The notes: generated by a model not told the origin, from the sequence alone. A stretch of 64,000 nt of DNA from Phormidium sp. (GCA_051013385.1 CP143273.1:1600001-1664000); one strand, 5' to 3'. Shown: positions 11,701 to 21,479, counted from the stretch's first letter. Numbers and translations are program-made.

Positions 11701-13467
11701 TTAGCTAGTTATCTCAGATCGTCAAATCCGAATACTTTGCCTTGGTTTTCTAGCAAAATTTTTCATGGTCAAGTAATTCAAATTTCCTCAATTTCCGACC
11801 TTCCTCCCGAAGCAACAGCAGAAAAAGCAATGTTGCAAACTCAATTAATTCAATCTTTAATAGTTGCCCCCTTAGTTCACTCTAGTAAAGTCATCGGATT
11901 TTTAGGTGCAGATGTAGTTAACTATGCCAAAAATTGGAGCGAAGATGATATTAGTTTGCTCAAATTAGTCGGAGAAATTACAGCTATTGGGATCGCTAGA
12001 CATAAAGCCGAAGAAGCCTTAAGAGTCGCTAAAGAAGCCGCTGAAGCTGCTAACAATGCTAAAAGCACTTTTTTAGCAAATATGAGTCATGAACTGCGTA
12101 CCCCGTTAAATGCAATTTTAGGATTTGCTCAATTAATGGAAAGAGATGCCGCTTTAACTGCACGTCAAAAAGCATCTCTCGCCACAATTAACCGCAGTGG
12201 CGAACATTTACTAACCTTAATTAATGATGTGTTAGAAATGTCCAAAATTGAAGCGGGAAGAACTGTTTTAAATTCCCTAGCTTTCGATTTACATCGGTTG
12301 CTACAAACCTTGCAACAAATGTTCCTAGTTCGTGCCGAAGCCAAGCAATTGTCTCTCCAATTTGATATTGCAGAAAATTTACCTCAGTACGTTTTCACCG
12401 ATGAAGGTAAACTCCGACAAGTGCTGCTCAACTTATTAAGTAATGCCGTGAAATTTACCGAAAAAGGAGAAGTAACTCTCCGCGCTTCTGCAAATCTAAC
12501 AAACCAAGAATTATCAACAAAAAACAACCCAGAACAAATTACTGTTTACTTTGAAGTGCAAGACACAGGTAGAGGCATTGCCCCAGAAGAAATAGAAAGT
12601 TTATTTCAACCTTTTGTGCAAACGACTAGTGGAACTCAAGCTAGAGAAGGCACAGGTTTAGGTTTAACTATTAGCCGTCAATTCATTCGTTTAATGGGAG
12701 GTGATATTCAGGTTAATAGTATTTTAGGAGTAGGTTCAATTTTCAGCTTTGACATTAAAATTACTTTAGCCGAACCCTCAGAAGTAGCACCATTATTAAC
12801 TAATAGACGAGTACTTAAAATAGCACCAAATCAACCTAATTATCGAATTTTAGTAGTAGACGATCGCGCCGAGAACCGAGATATAATTGCTCAACTTTTA
12901 GGAAGTATAGGATTTGAAATTCGCACCGCTAACAATGGGCAAGAAGCGATCGCCACTTGGGAAAACTGGCAACCTCACCTAATTTGGATGGATATGCGAA
13001 TGCCGATTATGGATGGTTACGAAGCCACTCGGCAAATTAGAAAAAAAGCCAATATTACCACTACTTTTACTAAAATTATTGCCCTGACTGCAAGCGCCTT
13101 TGAAGAACAAAGAACCACCATTTTAGCCGCAGGTTGCGATGATTTTGTCAGCAAACCTTTCCGGGAACAAGTAATTTTTGATAAACTCACCGAGCACATC
13201 GGAGTTCGCTTCATTTACGCCGAAGAATCAGAAGATCAAACTCCCGAAGAAACTATCAGCGGCAAAGATCTCAAACCCTCAGACTTATCAGTTATGCCAT
13301 CAGAATGGCTAACAGAACTGCACCAAGCATCCCTAGAAGTAGATGCCGAAAAAATCAACCAACTAATTACCCAAATACCCTCATCTCATCAATTATTAAT
13401 CGAAGGATTAACCGACTTAGTGCGTCGTTTTTGCTTTGATGAAATTTACGAATTGACAGAAAATTAA
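8743..13467 (+). CDS. multi-PAS/GAF hybrid histidine kinase
   Basis: Repeated PAS C-terminal DITERK motifs, H-box FLANMSHELRTPL, GTGLGL and a C-terminal REC domain. Confidence 0.95.
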   Translation: MGNRKSKSGNQLQATISKMEVALNAIADAVVFLDQNHQIEWCNSAFTRLIKASASIVGSNFCELLPLQQAENPLTSDAYPDRKIINGEYETTVYEFIQNDNKLNLKISGNLVEVSNNIPAVILVIEDVTPQTQSTNQSQEQQEYLSLLQATLESTADGILVVNRSRNAPIYNQKFLQMWGMPEELLLPGREDERLQFLAQQTKDPEDFIAKIWDLFINHPEAVALDFVEFKDDRIFERYSQPQWKDQEIIGRVWSFRDITEQKKTEERLRFSQFALDQISDNVGCCDEEGRIYYVNQASCRLLGFPREELLGLTVHDIDPNYPKEIWPEHWQELKEKGSLTFESIIRSKTGDLIPIEVSAYYLEFDGKGLDFSFSKNITERKQAEAALRRSELRFRRLFENSQVGILLTRIEDGLILDANQKFIELTGYDSPDQVIKKKYTRDFYIHEGDRQFAVNQVLQNGQLHNYEVQFRRRDGTILWLLCSVRLNVEENCLEGVVTDITDRKQSEEALRRSELKYRHIFENSLVGIGRSRLSDGLFLDANQPCAEIIGYKSAKELIGKRRAGEFHVNSNDRTWMISQMEQNGELRNFEIQLYRQDGGTSWGLFSARINAEESCLEFMIVDISDRKRLEEEVKQSQQFLDTIINNIPLGLFAKDNNNDFRYVLINKNAEKILGFTKEQGLGFNDHELIPQKSADFFRQQDLTVVEQGTLLEDPEMEITTANQEKILSRILKFPLFDSQNRITHLLCISEDITDRKHREQALRLIVEGTAAKTGDEFFNSCVRYLASVLRVRYSLVTQFTNETKTKVRTLAIWAENRLKENFEYNWRGTPCESILLGQTCYYPQNIQKLFPNDRDLATIAAESYLGIPLTNSSGEILGHLAVMDVKPMENDPGRELILRIFAARAGAELERKQAEEAIESRAKRESLVSCISRQFIDQDVNTALNFTLKAIAKFLEVERSCIFELSENQKQIFLIGEWYAEGIQPLASYLRSSNPNTLPWFSSKIFHGQVIQISSISDLPPEATAEKAMLQTQLIQSLIVAPLVHSSKVIGFLGADVVNYAKNWSEDDISLLKLVGEITAIGIARHKAEEALRVAKEAAEAANNAKSTFLANMSHELRTPLNAILGFAQLMERDAALTARQKASLATINRSGEHLLTLINDVLEMSKIEAGRTVLNSLAFDLHRLLQTLQQMFLVRAEAKQLSLQFDIAENLPQYVFTDEGKLRQVLLNLLSNAVKFTEKGEVTLRASANLTNQELSTKNNPEQITVYFEVQDTGRGIAPEEIESLFQPFVQTTSGTQAREGTGLGLTISRQFIRLMGGDIQVNSILGVGSIFSFDIKITLAEPSEVAPLLTNRRVLKIAPNQPNYRILVVDDRAENRDIIAQLLGSIGFEIRTANNGQEAIATWENWQPHLIWMDMRMPIMDGYEATRQIRKKANITTTFTKIIALTASAFEEQRTTILAAGCDDFVSKPFREQVIFDKLTEHIGVRFIYAEESEDQTPEETISGKDLKPSDLSVMPSEWLTELHQASLEVDAEKINQLITQIPSSHQLLIEGLTDLVRRFCFDEIYELTEN

Positions 13468-13536
13468 GGAGATTGGTGACTAATTGTTGCGTTTCATACT
13501 TCAAATCAACCCACAGCGAGGAGCGATCGTCCGGCA

Positions 13537-13793
13537 ATGAATGCAACCGAAATCTTGAACTATCTTGCTTTTTCAGACTTTGAGCAAGGGATTGAAATGA
13601 CTCGTGAGTTTGATTCATTGCCAAAGCGTCCTGGAGTTTATGCAGTTCGTCACCGCATTGAAGGCGTTTTGATGTGAGAATTACTTTTTACATACTGGAT
13701 CGTTGGGGGAATCCAGCTTTATTATCGGAAATAGAGGCTGCGCTCCTGAGAGCGACAGAACCGCCCTACAATGCTCAGATCCCGATGGAGTAG
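13537..13793 (+). pseudogene. internally deleted GIY-YIG-type nuclease gene
   Basis: MNATEILNYL...LPKRPGVYAVRHRIEGVL stops before the expected YIG; another frame gives VRITFY...EIEAALLRATEPPYNAQIP. Confidence 0.6.
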
Positions 13794-13797
13794 ATGG

Positions 13798-14010
13798 ATG
13801 ATGCAAGAAACGAAGGAGTACGAGCAACTTTCACCCAAGGCTGGACAAATTATTTTAGAGCAGTTACCAGACCGGATCAGAAATGCCATCATTGCGCGTG
13901 CTGTTGAAATTGATTATCCCGTTGAAGCGGTGATTGAAATGGCGATCGCAGGCTATCTCGATCCTCATGCGATCGGCTTTGTCGATTGTAAACCCGATCG
14001 AAAAGCTTAA
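13798..14010 (+). CDS. small hypothetical protein
   Basis: ORF directly follows the GIY-YIG remnant; start codon uncertain. Confidence 0.65.
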   Translation: MMQETKEYEQLSPKAGQIILEQLPDRIRNAIIARAVEIDYPVEAVIEMAIAGYLDPHAIGFVDCKPDRKA

Positions 14011-14119
14011 AATCGTTTGTTTACCAATAATGCGATCGCTGCGAAGCGTAACGCACCATCATACACTGAGAATTGCTATAATAACTAAAGGAAAGAAAAC
14101 TAAATCAAAGGCAACAACA

Positions 14120-14374
14120 ATGGCTCGACAACTCAAGCGTTGGGAATCTCCCCGAAAAGAGGGAAGAAACGACAAAGGTAGAGGCGGTTCTGCCAGAGCG
14201 AGACAACTGAAGAAGCAACAACAGATGTTACGCAAGAAACTCAAAGAACAGTCCGAAGACCAAAAACCAAATCAAAAGCAAAAATCAAATCAGAAAAACG
14301 CTAAGGGAGGAGAAATTAATCTCCTCCCTTTTTTTTTGGATTTTGTCCCAACTGAATCGGAAAATTCTTATTAA
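14120..14374 (+). CDS. small basic hypothetical protein
   Basis: MARQLKRWESPRKEGRNDKGRGGSARARQ, K/R/Q-rich. Confidence 0.6.
   Translation: MARQLKRWESPRKEGRNDKGRGGSARARQLKKQQQMLRKKLKEQSEDQKPNQKQKSNQKNAKGGEINLLPFFLDFVPTESENSY
14305..14337 (+). terminator. intrinsic terminator-like hairpin
   Basis: AGGGAGGAGA...TCTCCTCCCT followed by a T-run, at convergent gene ends. Confidence 0.6.
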
Positions 14375-15443
14375 TCCCTTCCCAAATCTTGAGTTTGCCA
14401 TCAAATGCGCCAGTTGCCAGGAAATTGCCATCAGGACTAAAAGCGACAGTTTGTACCCAATCTGTATCAATCATGATCGATCGAATCTGCCGTCCAGTTC
14501 CTAAATCCCAAATTCTTACCCCATCCCTACCCGCACTAGCTACAGTCCTCCCATCAGGATGCACCGCAACCGAATTAACGATATTTTGATGACCAACAAG
14601 TGTAAAAGACCTACGATTTACCAGGTTCCAAACTTTAACTGTATGGTCATAACTGCTACTCACCAAAGTATTACCATCTGGTGAAAAAGCTAAAGAAGTA
14701 ATTGCGCCTCGATGTCCGGGTATAGTACCCAGAAATTGACTAGTTTGAATATTCCACAATTGAATTGTTTTATCCCTACCTCCAGTTGCTAAAATTTGTC
14801 CATTCGGGCTAAGTGCCACAGCGTAAACTATTGGTTGTGATAAAGGTACGCGATTATAAAGTAACCTTTCGGTTTTTAAATCAATTAATTTGATTCCATC
14901 CAATCCACCAGTGACTAAAGTTTGTCCATCGGGAGTAATTGCTAAAGATAGAATATTGTTAAATTCATGAGTTAAACTTCGGCTTAATTTGCCATTCTTT
15001 AAGCTCCAAATATTCAGAGTAGCATCTTCACTACCGCTAGCAATGGTAAGGTTATCGGGAGTAATTGCTAATGCCAAAACTCGGTTACTATGAGCATTAA
15101 TTGTGCGAATTTTATTACCCTTTATCGGATTCCACAAGCGAATTTTGGTATCAATATCAGTTCCGCCACTGGCAAGATATTTGCCATCAGGACTGAAAGT
15201 TAGAGCGTAAATTGGCCCCCAATGAGCTTTAATATTATGTAAAATTCTCACTCTTTGCCAAGGACTTTCTGTGTTTGGCAAAGGAGGAGCGGGAATTTGT
15301 GGAGCAGGAGGGGGAGGCAGTTTTTCGGCAATGGTATTAATATTTGCCCCAGTTTTATCTATAAAAATTGTGTAGCAGCTAAGACTGGCTAAAACTGCAC
15401 ATCCTACTTGCAAGAATTTAGTGGCAATGTTCGGAAGTTTCAT
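14316..15443 (-). CDS. WD40 repeat protein with N-terminal signal/anchor
   Basis: About seven GH...FSPDG...SGS.D.TIK.W repeats. Confidence 0.93.
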   Translation of the reverse strand: MKLPNIATKFLQVGCAVLASLSCYTIFIDKTGANINTIAEKLPPPPAPQIPAPPLPNTESPWQRVRILHNIKAHWGPIYALTFSPDGKYLASGGTDIDTKIRLWNPIKGNKIRTINAHSNRVLALAITPDNLTIASGSEDATLNIWSLKNGKLSRSLTHEFNNILSLAITPDGQTLVTGGLDGIKLIDLKTERLLYNRVPLSQPIVYAVALSPNGQILATGGRDKTIQLWNIQTSQFLGTIPGHRGAITSLAFSPDGNTLVSSSYDHTVKVWNLVNRRSFTLVGHQNIVNSVAVHPDGRTVASAGRDGVRIWDLGTGRQIRSIMIDTDWVQTVAFSPDGNFLATGAFDGKLKIWEGINKNFPIQLGQNPKKKGGD

Positions 15444-15870
15444 CCAAATGTGATTGAATATTAGGACAGATTATCTCATCTACATCATCAGATTTTGGTT
15501 CTTTCCATTCAGAAAGAAGTTCTTTTAATTCCGATCGCAAAGTCTCCAACGCGGCAATTTGTCGATCGATCGCTTCTAGTTTCGATTGAATATGTTGCTT
15601 AACTTCGTGACAGGGTAACTCGCCGCGATCGTGAATTTGCAAAAATTCCTGAATCTCTTTTAAACTCATCCCCAAAGACTGAGCACGTTTAATAAAGTCC
15701 AGTCGCTTGAGTACTTGAGAATCAAACAATCTATATCCCGATGAAGCGCGTGTCACTACTGGCGATAGTAAACCAAGTTCTTCGTAATAACGAATTGTTT
15801 TTACTGGCAATCCAGTAAAAGACGCTACTTCTCCAATCTTGTACAGTTTGCCTAAAACAGTTTTCGTCAT
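15418..15870 (-). CDS. MerR-family heavy-metal-responsive regulator
   Basis: KIGEVA...TIRYYE, GYRLF, and Cys residues in LPC and ICP. Confidence 0.93.
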   Translation of the reverse strand: MTKTVLGKLYKIGEVASFTGLPVKTIRYYEELGLLSPVVTRASSGYRLFDSQVLKRLDFIKRAQSLGMSLKEIQEFLQIHDRGELPCHEVKQHIQSKLEAIDRQIAALETLRSELKELLSEWKEPKSDDVDEIICPNIQSHLDETSEHCH

Positions 15871-15980
15871 GATTTTAGGTCATTAAATTCAGCGATACTT
15901 GACTTCTCCCCCTGGCTAAAGTAAGCAGGAGAAATTCTCTATTTCCCTGCTTCCTCAACTAGCAACTTTAAATTAACAGC

Positions 15981-16283
15981 TTAAGAGCGTGGCGGACGTT
16001 TTTTGTTTGTCACATTTAAGTTAGGTAACTGAGATTGGGAAGGTGTGGGTGGGAGATAAATTTGGGGTGCTTCGGTGGGAATTTCTGCTGGACGACGCTG
16101 AAACATTAACCAACGTAAGGCGATCGCCAATGCTATCGTACCCATACCAAACGTAAGCAACGATACGCGATCGCCAACTCCACCAATCACAGCATCCACC
16201 GCTCCTATAGTAATCATAAAACTAACAATCGGTTCTCTGCGGTAGGCTGACCTCAAATACCTAACATAAGCAGCATTCATCAT
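15981..16283 (-). CDS. hypothetical membrane protein
   Basis: Two hydrophobic segments; YRREPIVSF motif. Confidence 0.7.
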   Translation of the reverse strand: MMNAAYVRYLRSAYRREPIVSFMITIGAVDAVIGGVGDRVSLLTFGMGTIALAIALRWLMFQRRPAEIPTEAPQIYLPPTPSQSQLPNLNVTNKKRPPRS

Positions 16284-16480
16284 AAGTAATCTGTCAACTA
16301 TTTAATCTACTTTTGCTTCAATCTTAGCGTTTTACTCTTCCGCTTCCTATACCTCACTTGCATGAAGTCGGGGAGTAGCAAAAATTTACCTTCTTTACAC
16401 CCCTACTTCATGTTTTATGACATTTGCTTCCTGAAGGCATATTTTTCAGGAAAACTTCCGAAAAAACTACAATTGGGACT

Positions 16481-16675
16481 TTAATACAGCCCTAACCAGG
16501 ATAATAACCCTTGACCCGTAACATACTCAATCAGCAAAGTCAGAGCAAAACCAATCATCGCGGCTCTACCATTTAAGCGTTCTGCATATTCATTAAACCC
16601 AAATTTTGGCTCCTCTAGTTTAGGAGTTGTGGTTGGTTGCGGTTGTGTCACTGTTGGTTCAAAGCCTCTAGCCAT
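16481..16675 (-). CDS. hli: high-light-inducible protein (HLIP/SCP)
   Basis: AERLNGRAAMIGF motif. Confidence 0.95.
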   Translation of the reverse strand: MARGFEPTVTQPQPTTTPKLEEPKFGFNEYAERLNGRAAMIGFALTLLIEYVTGQGLLSWLGLY

Positions 16676-16822
16676 AATCTGTCAAACCTTCTCTGACTTA
16701 GTAATAAATCTTTACATTTATATAATAATCCAGGTTTGGCAAACAAATTTGAGATTTGTGATTTTCCCGTTTCTTGTGCCTTAGCTATAAGCTAAAAACA
16801 TGGGTAAGTATAGAGGTCACAA

Positions 16823-17938
16823 ATGGAAATTGGCGTTCCCAAGGAAACAAAAGATCAGGAATTTCGAGTTGGTTTAAGTCCCAGTAGCGTGCGAGTGCTG
16901 CATGAAGCAGGGCACTTCATTTTTGTAGAGACACAAGCGGGTGCGGGTGCGGGTTTTGCGGATGAAAAATACATACAAGCTGGCGCAAAGATTGTTGATA
17001 CAGCTAAAGAAGCTTGGGATCGAGAATTGGTAGTTAAAGTTAAAGAGCCACTTTCGAGTGAGTATCAATTTTTGCAAAAAGAACAATTACTGTTTACGTA
17101 TCTACATTTAGCTGCCGATCGCACTTTAACCGAAGCATTAATTGATAGTGGGATTAGTGCGATCGCTTACGAAACCGTAGAATTAACCAACGGTAAACTT
17201 CCCCTCCTCACACCCATGAGCATTATCGCTGGACGTTTAGCAGTACAATTCGGAGCCAGATATCTCGAACGCCAACAAGGAGGACGAGGCGTTCTCTTAG
17301 GCGGCGTTCCCGGCGTTAGACCTGGAAAAGTAATGATTTTAGGCGGTGGCGTAGTCGGTACAGAAGCAGCACGCATCGCTGTAGGAATGGGTGCGCGAGT
17401 GCAAATTTTTGACGTGAATGTAGATCGTTTAGCTTATTTAGAAACTTTATATGGCTCCAGAGTCGAATACATTTACAGTAGTCCTAGTACGATCGAGAAA
17501 AATGTCATCGATACAGACTTACTCATCGGTGCAGTTTTAGTTACAGGGAAACGCGCCCCCATTCTTGTCTCCCGTAACTTCGTCAAACAAATGCGTCACG
17601 GCTCAGTCATTGTCGATGTTGCAGTCGATCAAGGCGGTTGTGTGGAAACCTTACATCCCACATCCCACACCCAACCAATCTACCTAGAAGAAGGCGTAGT
17701 CCATTACGGCGTACCCAATATGCCCGGAGCCGTTCCTTGGACTGCTACCCAAGCCCTGAACAATAGTACCTTACCCTACGTCCTCAAACTAGCTAATCAA
17801 GGCTTAAAAGCTTTGGAAACCGATCCTTTTTTGGCTAAAGGCTTAAATGTCCAAAATCACCAGTTAGTACATCCAGCCGTAAAAGAAGTATTTCCCGATC
17901 TGACTGGTAATGCCAAAGATCGTCAAAGTAAAGATTAA
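16823..17938 (+). CDS. ald: alanine dehydrogenase
   Basis: MEIGVPKE, VKVKEP, GGGVVG, DQGG and NMPG motifs. Confidence 0.97.
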   Translation: MEIGVPKETKDQEFRVGLSPSSVRVLHEAGHFIFVETQAGAGAGFADEKYIQAGAKIVDTAKEAWDRELVVKVKEPLSSEYQFLQKEQLLFTYLHLAADRTLTEALIDSGISAIAYETVELTNGKLPLLTPMSIIAGRLAVQFGARYLERQQGGRGVLLGGVPGVRPGKVMILGGGVVGTEAARIAVGMGARVQIFDVNVDRLAYLETLYGSRVEYIYSSPSTIEKNVIDTDLLIGAVLVTGKRAPILVSRNFVKQMRHGSVIVDVAVDQGGCVETLHPTSHTQPIYLEEGVVHYGVPNMPGAVPWTATQALNNSTLPYVLKLANQGLKALETDPFLAKGLNVQNHQLVHPAVKEVFPDLTGNAKDRQSKD

Positions 17939-18254
17939 CTACCAAAATCCATAATTGAGGGACAAAACAGTTTCTCTAATTGCTTTGTCCCTCTGTTAAT
18001 TTTTTGTTTGACTCATCAGTAAATATAAAAAAAAATCGGGAAAATAGTTACATTTTTACCAGAATTTTATTATTTGTCCCTATAATATATTTTTAATTAA
18101 CTTGATGTTGGCTCATGTAGTCTGTAACAATAACATAAACTAGCTCAAGGAAAACTAATTGTTATTTATTCTTTAAGCTTGGTAAAAAAATGTAATTTTT
18201 TGGCTAACAAAAACTAAAATTTAAAGTATAAAAGGGAATCGGGGAGAATCGGGA

Positions 18255-18653
18255 GTGGCAACAATACTAGTGATCGAAGACGCAGCACTGAGCCGTCAAG
18301 TGCTTCGGAGAATTTTACAACCTGAAGGTCATACAGTCTGGGAAGCTAAAAATGGGCTCGAAGGGTTGGAAATACTTCTGAAACAGCAACAGCGACCTGA
18401 CTGCATTTTAGTAGATATTTTAATGCCACAAATGGGAGGAGTGGAATTTCTTAAAGTAATGCGTCAGCAAGAATTTAAGATTCCCACAATTGTAATTACT
18501 GCTGATATTCAAGAAACTACGCGAGTAGAATGCTTGGAACTAGGAGCAATGACAGTTATACATAAAATGGTCAAGCCAGACGAACTGCGCCATTGGATTA
18601 AGAAAGCATTGGAAAATTCGGCCCAAGAAGAAAGTTATGAATCTAACACTTAG
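18255..18653 (+). CDS. single-domain response regulator (CheY-like)
   Basis: ILVIED...DILMP...ITAD. Confidence 0.9.
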   Translation: MATILVIEDAALSRQVLRRILQPEGHTVWEAKNGLEGLEILLKQQQRPDCILVDILMPQMGGVEFLKVMRQQEFKIPTIVITADIQETTRVECLELGAMTVIHKMVKPDELRHWIKKALENSAQEESYESNT

Positions 18654-19248
18654 TCATATAGACGCTTTACAGGAATTAGTTAATATTGGTGTAGGTCGAG
18701 CAGCTGGGGTATTAAATGATATGCTCGATTCTCCAATTCGGCTACATATTCCAGAGGTGAGATTACTATCTCCTGAAGAGTTAAAAGTAGAATTGAAAAG
18801 CCAATTTGATAATAGTTTATTGGCGACAGTACAGTTAAGTTTTTCTGGCTCATTTAGTGGTACGGCTGAATTAGTGTTTCCCTCAGAAAGTGCGGCGCAT
18901 TTAGTATCAGTTTTGACAGGAGAAGCTCCCGGAACTCCTGATTTGGATGTGGTGAAAATTGGAGCTTTGCTGGAAGTAGGAAATATTGTTCTCAATGGGA
19001 TAATGGGTTCTTTAAGTAATGCGTTAATTGAGCATTTGGATTATTCTTTACCTGCTTATAGTGAAAGTAAAGTAAATAACTTTCCCATTTTTGCAGATAT
19101 TGATGATAATACGAAAATTCTGTTAGCCCATACCTGTTTTATAATTGAGCAATTACAGATTTCGGGAGACATTATTTTAATGTTTACTGTCGGTTCTTTA
19201 GATACTCTACTCAAAGCGATCGAGCAAAATTTTGGGGAAACATTATGA
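18637..19248 (+). CDS. CheC-family phosphatase
   Basis: Two ExxN motifs (DALQELVNIG, ALLEVGNI). Confidence 0.9.
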   Translation: MNLTLSHIDALQELVNIGVGRAAGVLNDMLDSPIRLHIPEVRLLSPEELKVELKSQFDNSLLATVQLSFSGSFSGTAELVFPSESAAHLVSVLTGEAPGTPDLDVVKIGALLEVGNIVLNGIMGSLSNALIEHLDYSLPAYSESKVNNFPIFADIDDNTKILLAHTCFIIEQLQISGDIILMFTVGSLDTLLKAIEQNFGETL

Positions 19249-21248
19249 ACGATCTAGAATTAGCTCAAACAGAATTTGGCATTCTCGATCGCGTTCCCGA
19301 AGGAGTTTGCATTCTGCGAGAAGATTTCAACGTCGTGTTTTGGAACCGCTGTTTAGAAAATTGGACGGGAATTCCTCGCAGTGAGATTTTAGGAAAAAAT
19401 ATTAGTATTTATTTCCCCCATTTATATCAACCAAAATATATTTTTCGTTTACAACAAATTTTTTGTGGTGGGCCACCGACGATCTTTTCTTCTCAATTAC
19501 ATAAATCAATTATTCCTTGTCAGTTATCAGATGGTAAGTGGCGAATTCAGCATACTACCGTAACACCTGTACCAGCGGTAAATGCTCAGGAAAAAAAGAG
19601 CGAAAAAATTGGCGATCGCCCTCTTCAACAACCATTTTATGCCTTATTTGTCATCGAAGATGTCACTGATTTAACCAAACGCATCCAAGACTATCGGACT
19701 ATGCGCGATCAAGCTTTAGAAGAAATTAGCGAGCGCAAAAAGGTAGAAGAAGAACTGCGAAGAAGCCAACATTTTATTCAAAAGGTAGCTGATACTGCTC
19801 CCTATATTTTATATATATATGATTTAGTTAATCAACAAATATTTTATGTTAATGAACAAGTCAATATATTGTTGGGATATAGTATTGGAGAAATTCAAGA
19901 AATAGATGTAAAGAACTTTGTCCAATTGATTCACCCAGAAGATTTAGAGCAGTTTCCAGCCCACTTTGCCAAATTCGATCGGGCTCAAGAAGGGGATATA
20001 ATTGAAATCGATTATCGGGTACGTCATAATTCGGGAGAATGGCGCTGGTTTCATTGTCGAGAAGTAATTTTTACCAGAACACCTGATGGGAAACCGCAAC
20101 AAATTTTGGGAACAGCGCAAGATATTAGCGAACGCAAAAAAGCGGAAGTAGCTTTGCAGTTACAGATAGAAAAAGAAAGGTTAATGGCGGGAATTACGCA
20201 ACAGATTCGCCGTTCTTTAAACTTAAATGAAGTTCTCCACACGGCGGTAACAGAAGTGCGCCATTTTTTGCAAGCAGATCGAGCGATCGTTTGTCGATTT
20301 GAATATAATAGCGAGGGGGAAAAGCAAAATATTAAGTTAGGAATAATTACCGTAGAATCAAGAGCTTATGATTGCCAAAGTATCTTGGGATTAAAGATGC
20401 CAATTTCTTATTTAAATCAGGATTGTTGCTGTTTATATCAACAGGATGGAATCAGAAAGATAGATAATTTTTGTGTTGAAGATTCTTACTGTTATCATCA
20501 AGTATTACTCAAAAAGTGGCAAGTAAAATCTTGCTTAGAAGTGCCGATTCGCCAAGGAAAGAAGTTATGGGGTGTTCTGATAGTGCATTATTGCCAATCA
20601 ACTAGAAAATGGCAATCATTAGAAGTAGATTTAATGAAAGAATTAGCTAATCAATTAACGATCGCCATTCAACAAGCAGAACTTTATCAAAAACTGCAAG
20701 CAGCGAATCAAGAATTATCTCGGTTAGCTTCATCAGATAGTTTAACTGAATTGGCAAATCGGCGGCGGTTTGATGAATATTTAGCTAAGGAATGGCGCAG
20801 ATTAGAAAGAGAACAAGCGCCTTTATCTTTGATTCTCTGCGACGTGGATTTTTTCAAAAAATATAATGATACTTATGGACATCAAGCCGGAGATTTTTGT
20901 TTACAAGAAGTAGCGATCGCCATTCGTAAAGCAGTAAGAAGACCAGCAGATTTAGTCGCACGTTACGGAGGCGAAGAATTTGCGATCGTACTACCTCGTA
21001 CTCCCGTTGATGGCGCATATCATGTAGCAGAAACTATCAGAAAAAACGTCATCGGATTGAAGCTTCTTCATGCAGCTTCCCCAATTAATCAATACGTTAC
21101 AATCAGTATCGGAATTACTACCATAGTTCCCAATCATCGATGTTGGCCTGCCAAGTTAATTGAAGCAGCAGACAAAGCCCTTTATCAAGCAAAGCAATCA
21201 GGTCGAAATTGTGCGATCGGTTTGCGCGTAGAATCAACTACAGTTTAA
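19245..21248 (+). CDS. PAS-PAS-GAF diguanylate cyclase
   Basis: RPADLVARYGGEEF (RxxD I-site plus active site). Confidence 0.93.
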   Translation: MNDLELAQTEFGILDRVPEGVCILREDFNVVFWNRCLENWTGIPRSEILGKNISIYFPHLYQPKYIFRLQQIFCGGPPTIFSSQLHKSIIPCQLSDGKWRIQHTTVTPVPAVNAQEKKSEKIGDRPLQQPFYALFVIEDVTDLTKRIQDYRTMRDQALEEISERKKVEEELRRSQHFIQKVADTAPYILYIYDLVNQQIFYVNEQVNILLGYSIGEIQEIDVKNFVQLIHPEDLEQFPAHFAKFDRAQEGDIIEIDYRVRHNSGEWRWFHCREVIFTRTPDGKPQQILGTAQDISERKKAEVALQLQIEKERLMAGITQQIRRSLNLNEVLHTAVTEVRHFLQADRAIVCRFEYNSEGEKQNIKLGIITVESRAYDCQSILGLKMPISYLNQDCCCLYQQDGIRKIDNFCVEDSYCYHQVLLKKWQVKSCLEVPIRQGKKLWGVLIVHYCQSTRKWQSLEVDLMKELANQLTIAIQQAELYQKLQAANQELSRLASSDSLTELANRRRFDEYLAKEWRRLEREQAPLSLILCDVDFFKKYNDTYGHQAGDFCLQEVAIAIRKAVRRPADLVARYGGEEFAIVLPRTPVDGAYHVAETIRKNVIGLKLLHAASPINQYVTISIGITTIVPNHRCWPAKLIEAADKALYQAKQSGRNCAIGLRVESTTV

Positions 21249-21249
21249 G

Positions 21250-21479
21250 AGAAATTCCTTTTAAGCGAACACTTAAAGAATTCAGGTGAGGAAATTTTTT
21301 CAAACTTTGACCCGTCAAACAAAGTGAGGAATGTCTTCAAACCGAAATCAAATCCAGCAATTTTACCTGTCTCGTTCAGAGTTTTGATGATATCAATTGT
21401 ACTATTTTACGGCTGAATAAATTCAGCCATTCGCTCATATCCCCCGTTTACAAAACGGGGGCTTTACGCTTCACGATTA
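21250..21479 (-). mobile_element. IS200/IS605 relic: left end plus tnpB fragment
   Basis: Minus strand reads TTTAC|TAATCGTGAAGCGTAAAGCCCCCG-hairpin, then encodes TGKIAGFDFGLKTFLT...SPEFFK (RuvC-I-like). Confidence 0.75.

Noticed and set aside
15895..15960. MerR-type operator/promoter
   Set aside because: A TTGACT is present, but there is no convincing dyad or properly spaced -10 and no plus-strand target gene follows.
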